Source: Candidatus Brockarchaeota archaeon (GTDB lineage: Archaea > Thermoproteota > EX4484-205 > JAAOZP01). From it: a DNA stretch of 64,000 nucleotides. The position numbers and the translations under genes are program-made. Within the stretch, counting starts at the first letter, position 1. Each line of letters begins with the position of its first letter. The stretch is taken from contig JAFNIT010000004.1 of NCBI GenBank assembly GCA_017601345.1, forward strand, positions 379-64,378, read 5' to 3'. Below the pieces are notes generated by a model that made no database searches, had not been told where the DNA came from, and saw only the letters and a list, made by a program, of their open reading frames with translations. This document shows, piece after piece, positions 19,441 through 27,787 of this stretch.

Positions 19441-20280
19441 TTGGCAATAGCAGTTTTAACGCATAAACCCTTCTCTTATTTTTCAAAGCGCTTAATGGAA
19501 GAGGCTGTTAAAGAAGGCATCCGGTGCCAAATAGTGGATTTTAAAAACACCGCACTCTTGCTGGAAAAGGGGAAGACCGTGTTAAAGATTTTCGAAGACG
19601 GTGTTACCAGTGTTTTTTCAAGGCCTAAGACCACACTTAGCCCATTAATGCTCTATGCCGTATTTCTCACCAAGATTCTTGAGGAAGAGGGTTTTTACGT
19701 AATCAATTCCTTCGAAGGCTATTTGAATACCTTTGACAAAGTTGTCACTTACAGGAATCTTTTGATGAATAGTCTTCCATTACCAGATTCCATTATCTCG
19801 CCTTCTAAAAAAAGGCTTAGCGAGATGTCTCCTCCCTTTTTCCTGAAACCTACATACGGCTCCCGGGGGAGAGGAGTCAATCTTATTGAAAAAGTTGAAG
19901 ACCTGGTTTCCTACGACAATCATGGCGCTTGGATAGCACAGTCGTATGCTAGAGAGGGGGACTGGGACCTTAGGATACTAGTGTTAGGTGGACGTGTAAT
20001 AGCAATAATGAAGAGGAGTTCTGGAAAACCTGTTACAAATATTTCGCAAGGGGGAGTGGGAAGCCCTTTTGAAGCCAGTGAAGAAATCGAGGAGCTTGCT
20101 GTTAAGGCCTCCACTGCCTTAAAATGCTCTTTCGCCGGTGTCGACGTATCTATCAAGGAAGGCAATGCCTTTATACTGGATGTGAATCCTCAACCGGATT
20201 TCAAGGGTGTTGAGAGTTTGGGAATTAATATCGCGCGTAAGCTAGTAAGGTACGTCTCGCTGGAGGCTGAAAGAAAATGA
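19441..20280 (+). CDS. RimK-family ATP-grasp ligase (alpha-L-glutamate ligase-like; CofF/MptN class)
   Basis: 279 aa; KPTYGSRGRGV, DWDLRILVLGGRVIAIMKR, ISQGG, VDV...ILDVN. Confidence 0.7.
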   Translation: MAIAVLTHKPFSYFSKRLMEEAVKEGIRCQIVDFKNTALLLEKGKTVLKIFEDGVTSVFSRPKTTLSPLMLYAVFLTKILEEEGFYVINSFEGYLNTFDKVVTYRNLLMNSLPLPDSIISPSKKRLSEMSPPFFLKPTYGSRGRGVNLIEKVEDLVSYDNHGAWIAQSYAREGDWDLRILVLGGRVIAIMKRSSGKPVTNISQGGVGSPFEASEEIEELAVKASTALKCSFAGVDVSIKEGNAFILDVNPQPDFKGVESLGINIARKLVRYVSLEAERK

Positions 20281-20897
20281 AGACAAGCGGCCTAGTTATG
20301 GCATTGGGTTACGGTGGTGAGAGCTTCGTCGAGCTTAATAAGCTAGGAGAATACCCTGTTTTCCTACACGTTGTTAGGAACATCGGAGAAGTTGCGGAGG
20401 AAGTTATCCTAGCAGTGTCTAAGGGGACGTTAGAAGTTTATGATAAGGCTGTTTCCGAACACGGCTTTGATGAATGCAGGATTGTTGAAATCAGCAGCTC
20501 TGGAGATGAGTTAAGCATTCTGAAAGAGGGGGTGAGCATGGCAAGTGGAGACATAGTTATTATTGCCCCTGCAAATGCCCCCCTTATACCAGTCGATATA
20601 CTTGCACTATTAACGGAGCTGTGCGAGAAAAGGGATGCTGTTCTCACCAGAAACATGAAAGGAGATGTAGACTGGTTCTTATCTGCCTACAATAAGAAGA
20701 GCCTTATGGAGGCCATTAGAGCTGGAGGAGGGGAAGGCATGGATAATGTTGTAGAAAAGCTTAGAAGAGTAATGTACATCGCTTACTCCACGATAAAAGA
20801 CCTTGACCCCATGCTACTCTCAAGCGTAAGGATCATGCGCACCCCAGACATACAATTGGCGGAGAGGATTATGGGAGGGATGAGGAGAAGACTTTGA
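20277..20897 (+). CDS. MobA/CofC-like nucleotidyltransferase-fold protein
   Basis: 206 aa; DIVIIAPANAPLIPVDIL resembles the MobA-like NTP-transferase core, while the N-terminal G-loop is atypical. ATGA overlaps on both sides. Confidence 0.45.
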   Translation: MKTSGLVMALGYGGESFVELNKLGEYPVFLHVVRNIGEVAEEVILAVSKGTLEVYDKAVSEHGFDECRIVEISSSGDELSILKEGVSMASGDIVIIAPANAPLIPVDILALLTELCEKRDAVLTRNMKGDVDWFLSAYNKKSLMEAIRAGGGEGMDNVVEKLRRVMYIAYSTIKDLDPMLLSSVRIMRTPDIQLAERIMGGMRRRL

Positions 20898-21646
20898 GAG
20901 AAATCAGGATTTTCGGTATAAAATACGATGGAAACATAAAGAAAGGGGATAATCTGGCTAGAATAACGATAGAATCCCTAGGGAAGGAGGGTATTAAGGT
21001 AGAAGATGGGGACATAGTTACTCTAACGCATGTTGTAGTATCGAAATCCGTCGGTTGCACGATAGGTTTCAAGCAGGTTAAGCCCAGCCCATTAGCTGTG
21101 GCGCTAGCTGACAGATTACGCAAGCCTCCTGAGGAAGTTGAAATTATTCTCAGGAAGAGCAGGGATATTGTCAGGCTTGTCGGAAGCCGTATCATAACGA
21201 GGACGGAAAGCGGAATAATATGTGCTAATTCAGGGGTCGATGTTTCTAATGTAGATGGAGGATTAAGCATGGCTTTTCATCCAAGGAATCCTGATAGGGT
21301 TGCTGAGAAGATAAGAAGACAGTTTCTTAATGAAGGTGTTAAAGTGGGGGTGATAATAACAGATTCTTTCGACAGGCCTTTCAGAATTGGGCAGGTTAAC
21401 ATGGCTATAGGATGCTCCGGGATAGCTCCAATAAAAGATCTGAGGGGTAGTAAGGATTTATACGGGTATGTTTTAAGGTTTAAACGTATAGCGATCGTCG
21501 ACGAACTGGCTGCTGCAAGCGAACTTGCAACCGGAAGCTCTTCGGAAGGAATCATAGGATCCTTAATAAAGGGCTGTAGGTATGATTTTTCAGAAAAGGG
21601 GGTTAAGAGTATTCTAAGACCTAGGAAAAAAGACCTCTTTCTTTAG
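20894..21646 (+). CDS. cofE: CofE-like F420-0:gamma-glutamyl ligase family protein
   Basis: 250 aa; VVVSKSVG, ANSGVDVSNV, VIITDSFDRPFRIGQVNMAIG match CofE-family blocks. Confidence 0.7.
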   Translation: MREIRIFGIKYDGNIKKGDNLARITIESLGKEGIKVEDGDIVTLTHVVVSKSVGCTIGFKQVKPSPLAVALADRLRKPPEEVEIILRKSRDIVRLVGSRIITRTESGIICANSGVDVSNVDGGLSMAFHPRNPDRVAEKIRRQFLNEGVKVGVIITDSFDRPFRIGQVNMAIGCSGIAPIKDLRGSKDLYGYVLRFKRIAIVDELAAASELATGSSSEGIIGSLIKGCRYDFSEKGVKSILRPRKKDLFL

Positions 21647-21657
21647 ACCCTTTGCGA

Positions 21658-21692
21658 TTAACAGTTTTCTTCGATTAAAAGAAAACTGTTAA
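21658..21692. repeat. Perfect 14-bp inverted repeat (TTAACAGTTTTCTT / AAGAAAACTGTTAA) with 7-nt loop
   Basis: Read directly; lies between the cofE-like stop (21646) and the next start (21719). CGATTAA occurs three times within 21655-21716. Confidence 0.6.
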
Positions 21693-21718
21693 TAATCTTC
21701 GATTAACCCTGTAGAAAC

Positions 21719-22417
21719 ATGGTTGAAGGCTCTCCAGTCATGCATGGAGGCGAACTAATGGGGTTCGTCAAGAAGGAGTACCAATCCGCAAGGTTGGCAG
21801 AACTCATGCTTCTCTATGAGCCGAGTGGGCAAGTGGACCTTAAGATTCTTCAGGACTCTCTTCACAACCTGCTTGGATTAAGAAAGGGACCTCCTCCAGA
21901 GGCCACTGAGCTCTTAGATGATGATTCCGTAATAGTTAGTAGGGCTCTAGCTAACTCTATTACGCTGCCTTTCACTAAGCCCGTAATTAAAACATTAGTT
22001 CCCATGGAGCTGTTTAAACCGATTCCCGGGACAGAGTATATTCTGGAGATAGATATACCCAGTAGAGAGCTGACGATGGCTGTTGAGGATAGGTTGGCAG
22101 GGATCCCCGGACTGGCTGGAGAATGGTTCGTGGGGAAAGTGGAGGGGATAATAATTAGGAGTAGGAAGAGCCTATCTGTAGAGATTCCGGTTAAGACAGG
22201 TATGATGGGTAAATATGACAGGGAGGTTGGAGAATGCTTTACAATATTTGACTTCAATAATGGTTTTAGGACGTTCAAGACTATGGCTGATGCGAATATA
22301 CCAATAATCCATGGCGATATCTTGCTTGCAGACGGATCCTTCGACGAGAAGAAACTAATGCTGAAGGTAAAGCTCCTGTTTCTACCGAGATCAAGGGAGA
22401 TGTGGGTACTAGGATAG
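21719..22417 (+). CDS. Hypothetical protein
   Basis: 232-aa ORF of normal composition; no motif recognised. Confidence 0.35.
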   Translation: MVEGSPVMHGGELMGFVKKEYQSARLAELMLLYEPSGQVDLKILQDSLHNLLGLRKGPPPEATELLDDDSVIVSRALANSITLPFTKPVIKTLVPMELFKPIPGTEYILEIDIPSRELTMAVEDRLAGIPGLAGEWFVGKVEGIIIRSRKSLSVEIPVKTGMMGKYDREVGECFTIFDFNNGFRTFKTMADANIPIIHGDILLADGSFDEKKLMLKVKLLFLPRSREMWVLG

Positions 22418-23047
22418 AGGAACAGGCCTACCCAGTGTCCTAAGTACTTCCGGAGCCTCGGCCACTTCTCCTATTTTCCACACGGGTACGACTGAGCAGT
22501 TGTTCAAAATCTTGATTTCAGATTCTAGGAAAGTGACGACTAGGGGGCAGATTTTCTTCCTAACACCCTTCTCAGCAAGGTATTTGGCTAATAGCAGGGA
22601 CCTTTCAAACTGGAGTCTGCAGGCTGAGTGGAGATTATAATTCCTACTAACCCATTGCTTACAGTCTATAGAGATGAAAAATAAAGGGGTCTCAACTAAT
22701 AGGTCTATTTCCCTACGGGTATTTCCCACGTGGAACCTGAAATGCTCCTGAACTTTAAAGCCGTGGAGCCTAAACACTTCTGCAACAACTCTTTCAAACC
22801 TCCTCCAGTTTACTGATTTTAAAACAGTTTCTAAACGGACACCCGATTCAACTAAGTTCTGGAGGAGAAGTAGACAGCATTCAGGAAACGCTTTAAAACA
22901 CTCTTTATCCTCTACCATAACACCTTTAACCAGCAACAGTTTTAAATAATCACCATATTCTTCGGCCTCACCCCTACTTATTATGAAGCCTCTTTCCAGA
23001 AGCCTCCTTAAAAGATTCAGGCCTACAATATTGGGCTCTTCCGGCAT
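22409..23047 (-). CDS. PD-(D/E)xK nuclease-fold protein (restriction-endonuclease/Mrr-cat-like) with an N-terminal helical/wHTH region
   Basis: W..FERVVAEVFRLHGFKV...REIDLLVE...FISIDCKQW fits the E...D...(D/E)xK core. Confidence 0.5.
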   Translation of the reverse strand: MPEEPNIVGLNLLRRLLERGFIISRGEAEEYGDYLKLLLVKGVMVEDKECFKAFPECCLLLLQNLVESGVRLETVLKSVNWRRFERVVAEVFRLHGFKVQEHFRFHVGNTRREIDLLVETPLFFISIDCKQWVSRNYNLHSACRLQFERSLLLAKYLAEKGVRKKICPLVVTFLESEIKILNNCSVVPVWKIGEVAEAPEVLRTLGRPVPLS

Positions 23048-23110
23048 TACTCTAACCTTATGAGGAGGAGAAAATAAGGATTATATGTAAGTCCAGATCA
23101 CAGGGACACG

Positions 23111-23554
23111 TTGAACATAGCCGGGATATTGATAATCATAACGCTATTAGGCTCTAAGCCCGTGAACGAGGTTGAAACAGTTAATGTTACCGTGATCCTT
23201 AAAGTGTCTCCCTGGGATCCGTTAGCGAAGTCTTTCTTCAACGTATACGTTAACGGGTCCCCAGTCGTTTATGGGACAGAGCTAAAAGTAAACCCCTCTG
23301 GAAAGCTTGTTTTCAGGGTTCCTAAGGGCAGTTATTTATGGATAACTGGAGAGCCGGAGGTTATTGGTGATTACGGGTTCTGGTACAGGCTTGAAGACGT
23401 TAACGGTAGTAAACGTTCACTAGAGTTCAGAGCAGACCGTGAAACACTCGTGTACTTAAACTACTCGGTAAATCACGTACTCTTGTCACCGTACTTCATA
23501 GCTGTGTACTTACTGATAGCCCTTTTAGCCATAAGGAAGCGTATTAGGAAATGA
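23111..23554 (+). CDS. Hypothetical exported protein with C-terminal TM anchor
   Basis: 147 aa; N-terminal hydrophobic segment, C-terminal YFIAVYLLIALLAIRKR. TTG start. Confidence 0.4.
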   Translation: MNIAGILIIITLLGSKPVNEVETVNVTVILKVSPWDPLAKSFFNVYVNGSPVVYGTELKVNPSGKLVFRVPKGSYLWITGEPEVIGDYGFWYRLEDVNGSKRSLEFRADRETLVYLNYSVNHVLLSPYFIAVYLLIALLAIRKRIRK

Positions 23555-23588
23555 AGGAAATGTTTAAAAAAAGCAATGGCTAACCTAA

Positions 23589-24140
23589 ATGAAAATGAGG
23601 AGGGTTAAGCCAGTTATACTGATCGCCGGTGAATTGGGAGCTGGATGCACAGAGGTTGGAGAACTTCTTTCTAAAAAACTCGGCCTAGAAGTCCATAATA
23701 CTGAGAAGCTTATAAGAAGCTTAGTGTCTTCACCCACTCTCAGTTTCAAAGCCCTTGTTGAGAAATCAGTCTCTGGAGAAATAGAAATAGAAAAGGTTCT
23801 CTACAGCATGGTTTTAGACATAGTGAATAATGGTCCAGCAATAATAGAGGGGAGAAGCGCCTTAATGGCTTTAACCCATGAGGCTGACCTTAAGGTATTT
23901 TTGTACAGGGATATGAATGATAGAATAAAGCATCTTGCTGAAAGGAGGAAGACAGAAGACCTTAGGCAGCTCGAGGAAGATATTAAGGCCTCCGATATAG
24001 ATAGAAACAGCCTAGTTGAAAAGCTTTTTCACAGGAATTGGAGAGACCCGTTGCTCTATGACCTGATGATAAATACTTCTAAAATGTCGCATGAAGAAAC
24101 AGCCTCACTCATACTCGAAGCTCTTAAAGCTAGAAGATGA
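23589..24140 (+). CDS. Cytidylate-kinase-like P-loop protein
   Basis: 183 aa; ILIAGELGAGCTEVG degenerate P-loop; layout resembles archaeal cytidylate kinase family proteins. Confidence 0.5.
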   Translation: MKMRRVKPVILIAGELGAGCTEVGELLSKKLGLEVHNTEKLIRSLVSSPTLSFKALVEKSVSGEIEIEKVLYSMVLDIVNNGPAIIEGRSALMALTHEADLKVFLYRDMNDRIKHLAERRKTEDLRQLEEDIKASDIDRNSLVEKLFHRNWRDPLLYDLMINTSKMSHEETASLILEALKARR

Positions 24141-24165
24141 ATAGGAATCAAGAATTGTGTTAAAG

Positions 24166-24175
24166 ATTTATATAT
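24166..24175 (+). promoter_or_regulatory. TATA-box-like element about 26 nt upstream of the ATG at 24197 (leaderless arrangement)
   Basis: ATTTATATAT read directly; the spacing to the ATG fits an archaeal leaderless transcript. Confidence 0.35.
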
Positions 24176-24196
24176 GACTGGAATAAAAAATTTATC

Positions 24197-24361
24197 ATGA
24201 GTGAAGCATGTAGTAGTGGAGAAGCGCCTGCAGCACCTCCACCGAGTGAAGCGCCTGCAGCACCTCCAGCGCCTGCGAAGCCGGAGAAGAAGGCAAAGGC
24301 TAAGAAGGCTAAGAAGGCTAAGAAGGCAAAGGCTAAGAAGGCTAAGAAGGCTAAAAAATAA
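24197..24361 (+). CDS. Small (54 aa) Pro/Ala-rich protein with a lysine/alanine (AKK) repeat tail; histone-H1-tail-like basic protein
   Basis: Own translation: MSEACSSGEAPAAPPPSEAPAAPPAPAKPEKKAKAKKAKKAKKAKAKKAKKAKK*. ATG start, TAA stop, TATA box at -26. Below the ORF-track length cut-off. Confidence 0.5.
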   Translation: MSEACSSGEAPAAPPPSEAPAAPPAPAKPEKKAKAKKAKKAKKAKAKKAKKAKK

Positions 24362-24369
24362 GGCTATTT

Positions 24370-25026
24370 TTACCCCTTTTCTTTTTCGATAAAATCGATT
24401 AGGAGGCGAGACGCCTCCTCCAGAGTGTTAACAACGTATTGTGCTCCATAAGCTCCTGATGGAACCTTCTGCTTCGCGCAGAGTATGGAGAAACCGGTAG
24501 CTTGAAACATGCTTTTGTCATAGATAGTGTCACCGATTGCAGCTGTTTCGCTTATGGGAATAGAATATTTCTTACAAACGTTTTCTAAGACCCTTGCTTT
24601 CTTAGAGGGAACTACATTGACTCTGACGGCCCCTGTGAAGAATCCTCTTTCGTCGAAAACCATTTCATTGGAAATACATTCGTCTGCTCCCAATTCCTTA
24701 CAGACTCTTTCTGCCAAAACGTTAAGCCCGCTCGTAATTATGACTGTTAAAACGCCTAATTCCTTAAGCCGTTTAAATAGGCTTTTAGCCTCCTGTCTTA
24801 TTCTAACCCTAGAGAAAACATATTCGAAAAAGGATCTTGGAAGACCCTTGGGCCAAAGGCCAACATCATGTTTGACAAACTCCTCGTAATCCATCTCCCC
24901 TCTTGAAAACCTTTCTAAAGCCTTTGCAGCCAGATGATCAGTACCGAGAAACCTATGTAACACCCTCCAACTACTGTCTTCCTCGACAAGCGTCCCGTCG
25001 AGGTCTGAAAAAAGTATCCTTATCAT
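24370..25026 (-). CDS. HAD-superfamily hydrolase (phosphoserine-phosphatase-like)
   Basis: FSDLDGTLV (DxDxT), ITSG, GDTIYD motifs. Confidence 0.75.
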   Translation of the reverse strand: MIRILFSDLDGTLVEEDSSWRVLHRFLGTDHLAAKALERFSRGEMDYEEFVKHDVGLWPKGLPRSFFEYVFSRVRIRQEAKSLFKRLKELGVLTVIITSGLNVLAERVCKELGADECISNEMVFDERGFFTGAVRVNVVPSKKARVLENVCKKYSIPISETAAIGDTIYDKSMFQATGFSILCAKQKVPSGAYGAQYVVNTLEEASRLLIDFIEKEKG

Positions 25027-25607
25027 GATGAGAACCTGGTTATCCTCGCTTCGAGAAACGCTGCCGCAAGCAGGAGGCTTATTACGATTATAATGGTTAC
25101 TAAGTATTCTTTAAGCTCCTTTCTAAACCTTTTCTCCACTATAGCGAAAAACCCTGCAAGCCCCTGTGCAGAAGCCAATCCGTAAGCGAGAATCTCGCAT
25201 ATGCCCTCTGGACTAGAGATGAGACTGACTGCCAGAAGCAGGGGGTTCGAATTCCTCATGGTTGAGAATGCAGATACAGCCATACCGCTGAGAGAGGAGG
25301 AGAATATGCTGAATACGAAGCCGATTATCGGGACCATCATGGCTAGGCTGAGCGTAAAGTTGTGTATGAAAATATCTAATGGTTTGAAGCTTAGGGATTC
25401 CTCGAGAGACCTAACTATATTCTCAGCCAAATCTTTTTCAACTGGTATTGTGGATGAGATTATGAAAACCACTGAGAAAACAAGTACTGTAATAGGGAAC
25501 AATCCCCATTTAGTATGTAAAGGCGGTAGCAATACTTTATCCTGCTGTTCCCCGTAGGCTCCCTCCCGCTTCTTAGCAATTATCAAACTCATGTGCACCC
25601 AAGTCAT
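25023..25607 (-). CDS. SpoIIM/DUF95-like membrane protein
   Basis: FIHNFTLSLAMMVPIIG and PEGICEILAYGLA patterns; 4-nt overlap with the HAD gene. Confidence 0.55.
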   Translation of the reverse strand: MTWVHMSLIIAKKREGAYGEQQDKVLLPPLHTKWGLFPITVLVFSVVFIISSTIPVEKDLAENIVRSLEESLSFKPLDIFIHNFTLSLAMMVPIIGFVFSIFSSSLSGMAVSAFSTMRNSNPLLLAVSLISSPEGICEILAYGLASAQGLAGFFAIVEKRFRKELKEYLVTIIIVISLLLAAAFLEARITRFSS

Positions 25608-25653
25608 CGAGTAAATAAAGGTTTATCGCCTTCCAGCCGGTCTTTGAGAAAAC

Positions 25654-26208
25654 ATGTTGGAGAAAATCCTGGAAGTGGAGAAAGCATACGCAGGGAAACT
25701 GTTATCTCTCGTCAAGTACCGTGTTTTAATTAAGGGTGTGGAAACTGTTAGGGAGGTTGTTACACACCCGGGTGCAGTTGCCATAATTCCCTTTAAAGAC
25801 GATGGAAAAATAGTCTTAGTCAGGCAGTATAGGCTTCCAGCGGGCGAGGCTCTTATAGAGGTGCCTGCTGGAACACTGGGTGAGGACGAGAATGAGGAGG
25901 AGTGTGCTAGGAGAGAACTCTTGGAAGAAACGGGATACGAAGCAAATGCTTTAGAGAGAATCAGGAGCTTCTACTTAGCACCGGGTTATTCAACGGAGAA
26001 GATAACCCTCTTCCTAGCTAGGGGATTGAATAAGAAGAGTCAAAAACCCGAGCTGGACGAGGAGATAGAGGTATTAGAGTTGACCCTTGAAGAAGCGTTA
26101 AAAATGATTAGGAAAGGAATTATTAAGGATGCTAAGACGATAATCAGTATCTACGATGTTGTTGGAAAAACTAACTGTGAGAACGAGCATGACTCAAGAT
26201 TTATATGA
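25654..26208 (+). CDS. NUDIX hydrolase (ADP-ribose pyrophosphatase-like)
   Basis: Nudix box GTLGEDENEEECARRELLEETGY. Confidence 0.85.
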   Translation: MLEKILEVEKAYAGKLLSLVKYRVLIKGVETVREVVTHPGAVAIIPFKDDGKIVLVRQYRLPAGEALIEVPAGTLGEDENEEECARRELLEETGYEANALERIRSFYLAPGYSTEKITLFLARGLNKKSQKPELDEEIEVLELTLEEALKMIRKGIIKDAKTIISIYDVVGKTNCENEHDSRFI

Positions 26209-26226
26209 GAGCATTTCGCGTGAAGT

Positions 26227-27060
26227 GTGATGAAAACATCCTCAGAGATTCTTCCGAGGCTTGATTATAATAGGGTTATTGAATACTTGACAACCAGCCT
26301 AAGAAAGTATTTTGAAAACGCTCGTAGAAAAACGGGGATCATAGGCTTATCCGGCGGGATTGACAGCAGCGTAACTGCCCATCTAACCGTAAAGGCACTT
26401 GGGGTAGAGGGGACTAGACTGTGCATACTGCCTTCAAGCGTTACACCCCAGGAAGATATCGAGGATGCGATGAGTATTATTAAACAACTAGGCATACCTG
26501 CAGAGAACTGGAAGATGATCAGCATCGACCAAGTTGTTGAAGCATTTGAGAAGCTGCTTGGGCCCATGGGGAGGGTTGAGAAGGGGAATGTAATGGCTAG
26601 AAGCAGGATGATAATGCTCTACCATGAGGCAGCAGTCCACAGGGGTTTAGTTGTAGGCACGAGCGACAGGAGCGAGATATTATTGGGATACTTCACTAAG
26701 TATGGTGATGGGGGAGCAGACCTTCTTCCAATAGGAGGTCTTTACAAGACTATGGTGAGACAATTAGCTGAATACCTTGGGGTTCCAGAGAAGATATGCA
26801 ATAAGCCTGCTTCACCGGCTTTTTGGCCTGGTCACACCGCTAGGGACGAGATTGGGGTTGATTATGAGGTTTTAGACGCAATACTCTACTTGAAGTTTGA
26901 TAAAGGCCTTAGAGAAAGGGAGATTCAGAAAACCCTGCAGGCACCTATGGAGACTATTAGAATGGTTTTGGAAAGGGTGAGGCGAAATCAGCATAAGAGG
27001 CGTATGCCTAAGATATTCCCTGTTGATTATAAAGGGATGAGGTTAAAGAAAAATGTTTAA
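26227..27060 (+). CDS. nadE: NH3-dependent NAD+ synthetase
   Basis: PP-loop GLSGGIDSSV; FTKYGDGGADL. Confidence 0.9.
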   Translation: MMKTSSEILPRLDYNRVIEYLTTSLRKYFENARRKTGIIGLSGGIDSSVTAHLTVKALGVEGTRLCILPSSVTPQEDIEDAMSIIKQLGIPAENWKMISIDQVVEAFEKLLGPMGRVEKGNVMARSRMIMLYHEAAVHRGLVVGTSDRSEILLGYFTKYGDGGADLLPIGGLYKTMVRQLAEYLGVPEKICNKPASPAFWPGHTARDEIGVDYEVLDAILYLKFDKGLREREIQKTLQAPMETIRMVLERVRRNQHKRRMPKIFPVDYKGMRLKKNV

Positions 27061-27107
27061 TAGGTTTTTAGGAACGGAAAGAGGATGCCTATTGGGGTTG
27101 AAATTGT

Positions 27108-27743
27108 TTGAATAGCATAGTTGAAATACCCTTAACCTCCTTCATTGTGTCTCTTTCAGGAGCCCTTGCCCCAGGCCCCCTGATGGTTACAACTGTTAGA
27201 GAATCCTCTTATATGAGGAGTTTCAGGCCAGGGCTACTCCTGTCTCTTGGACACGCGTTAGCAGAAGCTCCCGTCACTCTAATGCTAACTTACGGATTGC
27301 TTAATGTTAGCGAGGATTTTTATCCTATCATAAGCGTATTTGGCGGGATTTTCTTAGCCGCAATGGGCATTTTATCTTTTTTAAAAAAGGCGAGGAGCAT
27401 TGAAGCCCAGGAAGTTGCACGAGCTCACCGTCCAATGACTATGGTTGCATTGGGAGCGACAATATCTGTTTCAAACCCATACTGGATTACTTGGTGGCTT
27501 ACCGTAGGAGCAACCTATGTTTCTAAGTCGCTACCCTGGGGCGTGCTGGGGATAGTCTTATTCTACATCAGTCATCAAATGGGGGATTTTGCTGTTCTAG
27601 GATCCATCTCAAAGCTAATGGCTAGTGGTGCTAGAAGCATTGGGGAGAAAGGATTGAAAATTCTAATTATCGTGTGCAATATTGCAATAATAGCGATAGG
27701 CGTCTCATTCATGCTGGAAGGGGCTCGTGTTTTCAAGCCTTAA
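27108..27743 (+). CDS. LysE/RhtB-family amino-acid exporter
   Basis: 211 aa, 5-6 TM, N-terminal GALAPGPL motif. TTG start. Confidence 0.6.
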   Translation: MNSIVEIPLTSFIVSLSGALAPGPLMVTTVRESSYMRSFRPGLLLSLGHALAEAPVTLMLTYGLLNVSEDFYPIISVFGGIFLAAMGILSFLKKARSIEAQEVARAHRPMTMVALGATISVSNPYWITWWLTVGATYVSKSLPWGVLGIVLFYISHQMGDFAVLGSISKLMASGARSIGEKGLKILIIVCNIAIIAIGVSFMLEGARVFKP

Positions 27744-27787
27744 ATCACGAGCACTCTTGGAGGAGGCTGTTTTACGGCTGGAAGAGA

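Noticed and set aside
24205-24360. Tandem direct repeats as a possible CRISPR array or satellite
   Set aside because: The repeat units are 9-27 nt, contiguous with no unique spacers, and lie within a coherent reading frame. This is a coding microsatellite, not CRISPR.
24201-24392. 63-aa track ORF translating as ...RLRRLRRLRRQRLRRLRRLKNK
   Set aside because: It is the +1 frame of the tandem repeat, with a GTG start, and it runs into the convergent HAD gene. The ATG-initiated AKK frame has a TATA box at -26 and a clean TAA stop. Not fully excluded without expression data.
27674-27787. Upstream extension of the Lhr helicase ORF overlapping the LysE-family gene
   Set aside because: The extension (MQYCNNSDRRLIHAGRGSCFQ...) has no helicase homology and overlaps the preceding gene by 70 nt. 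An internal Met is the more plausible start.
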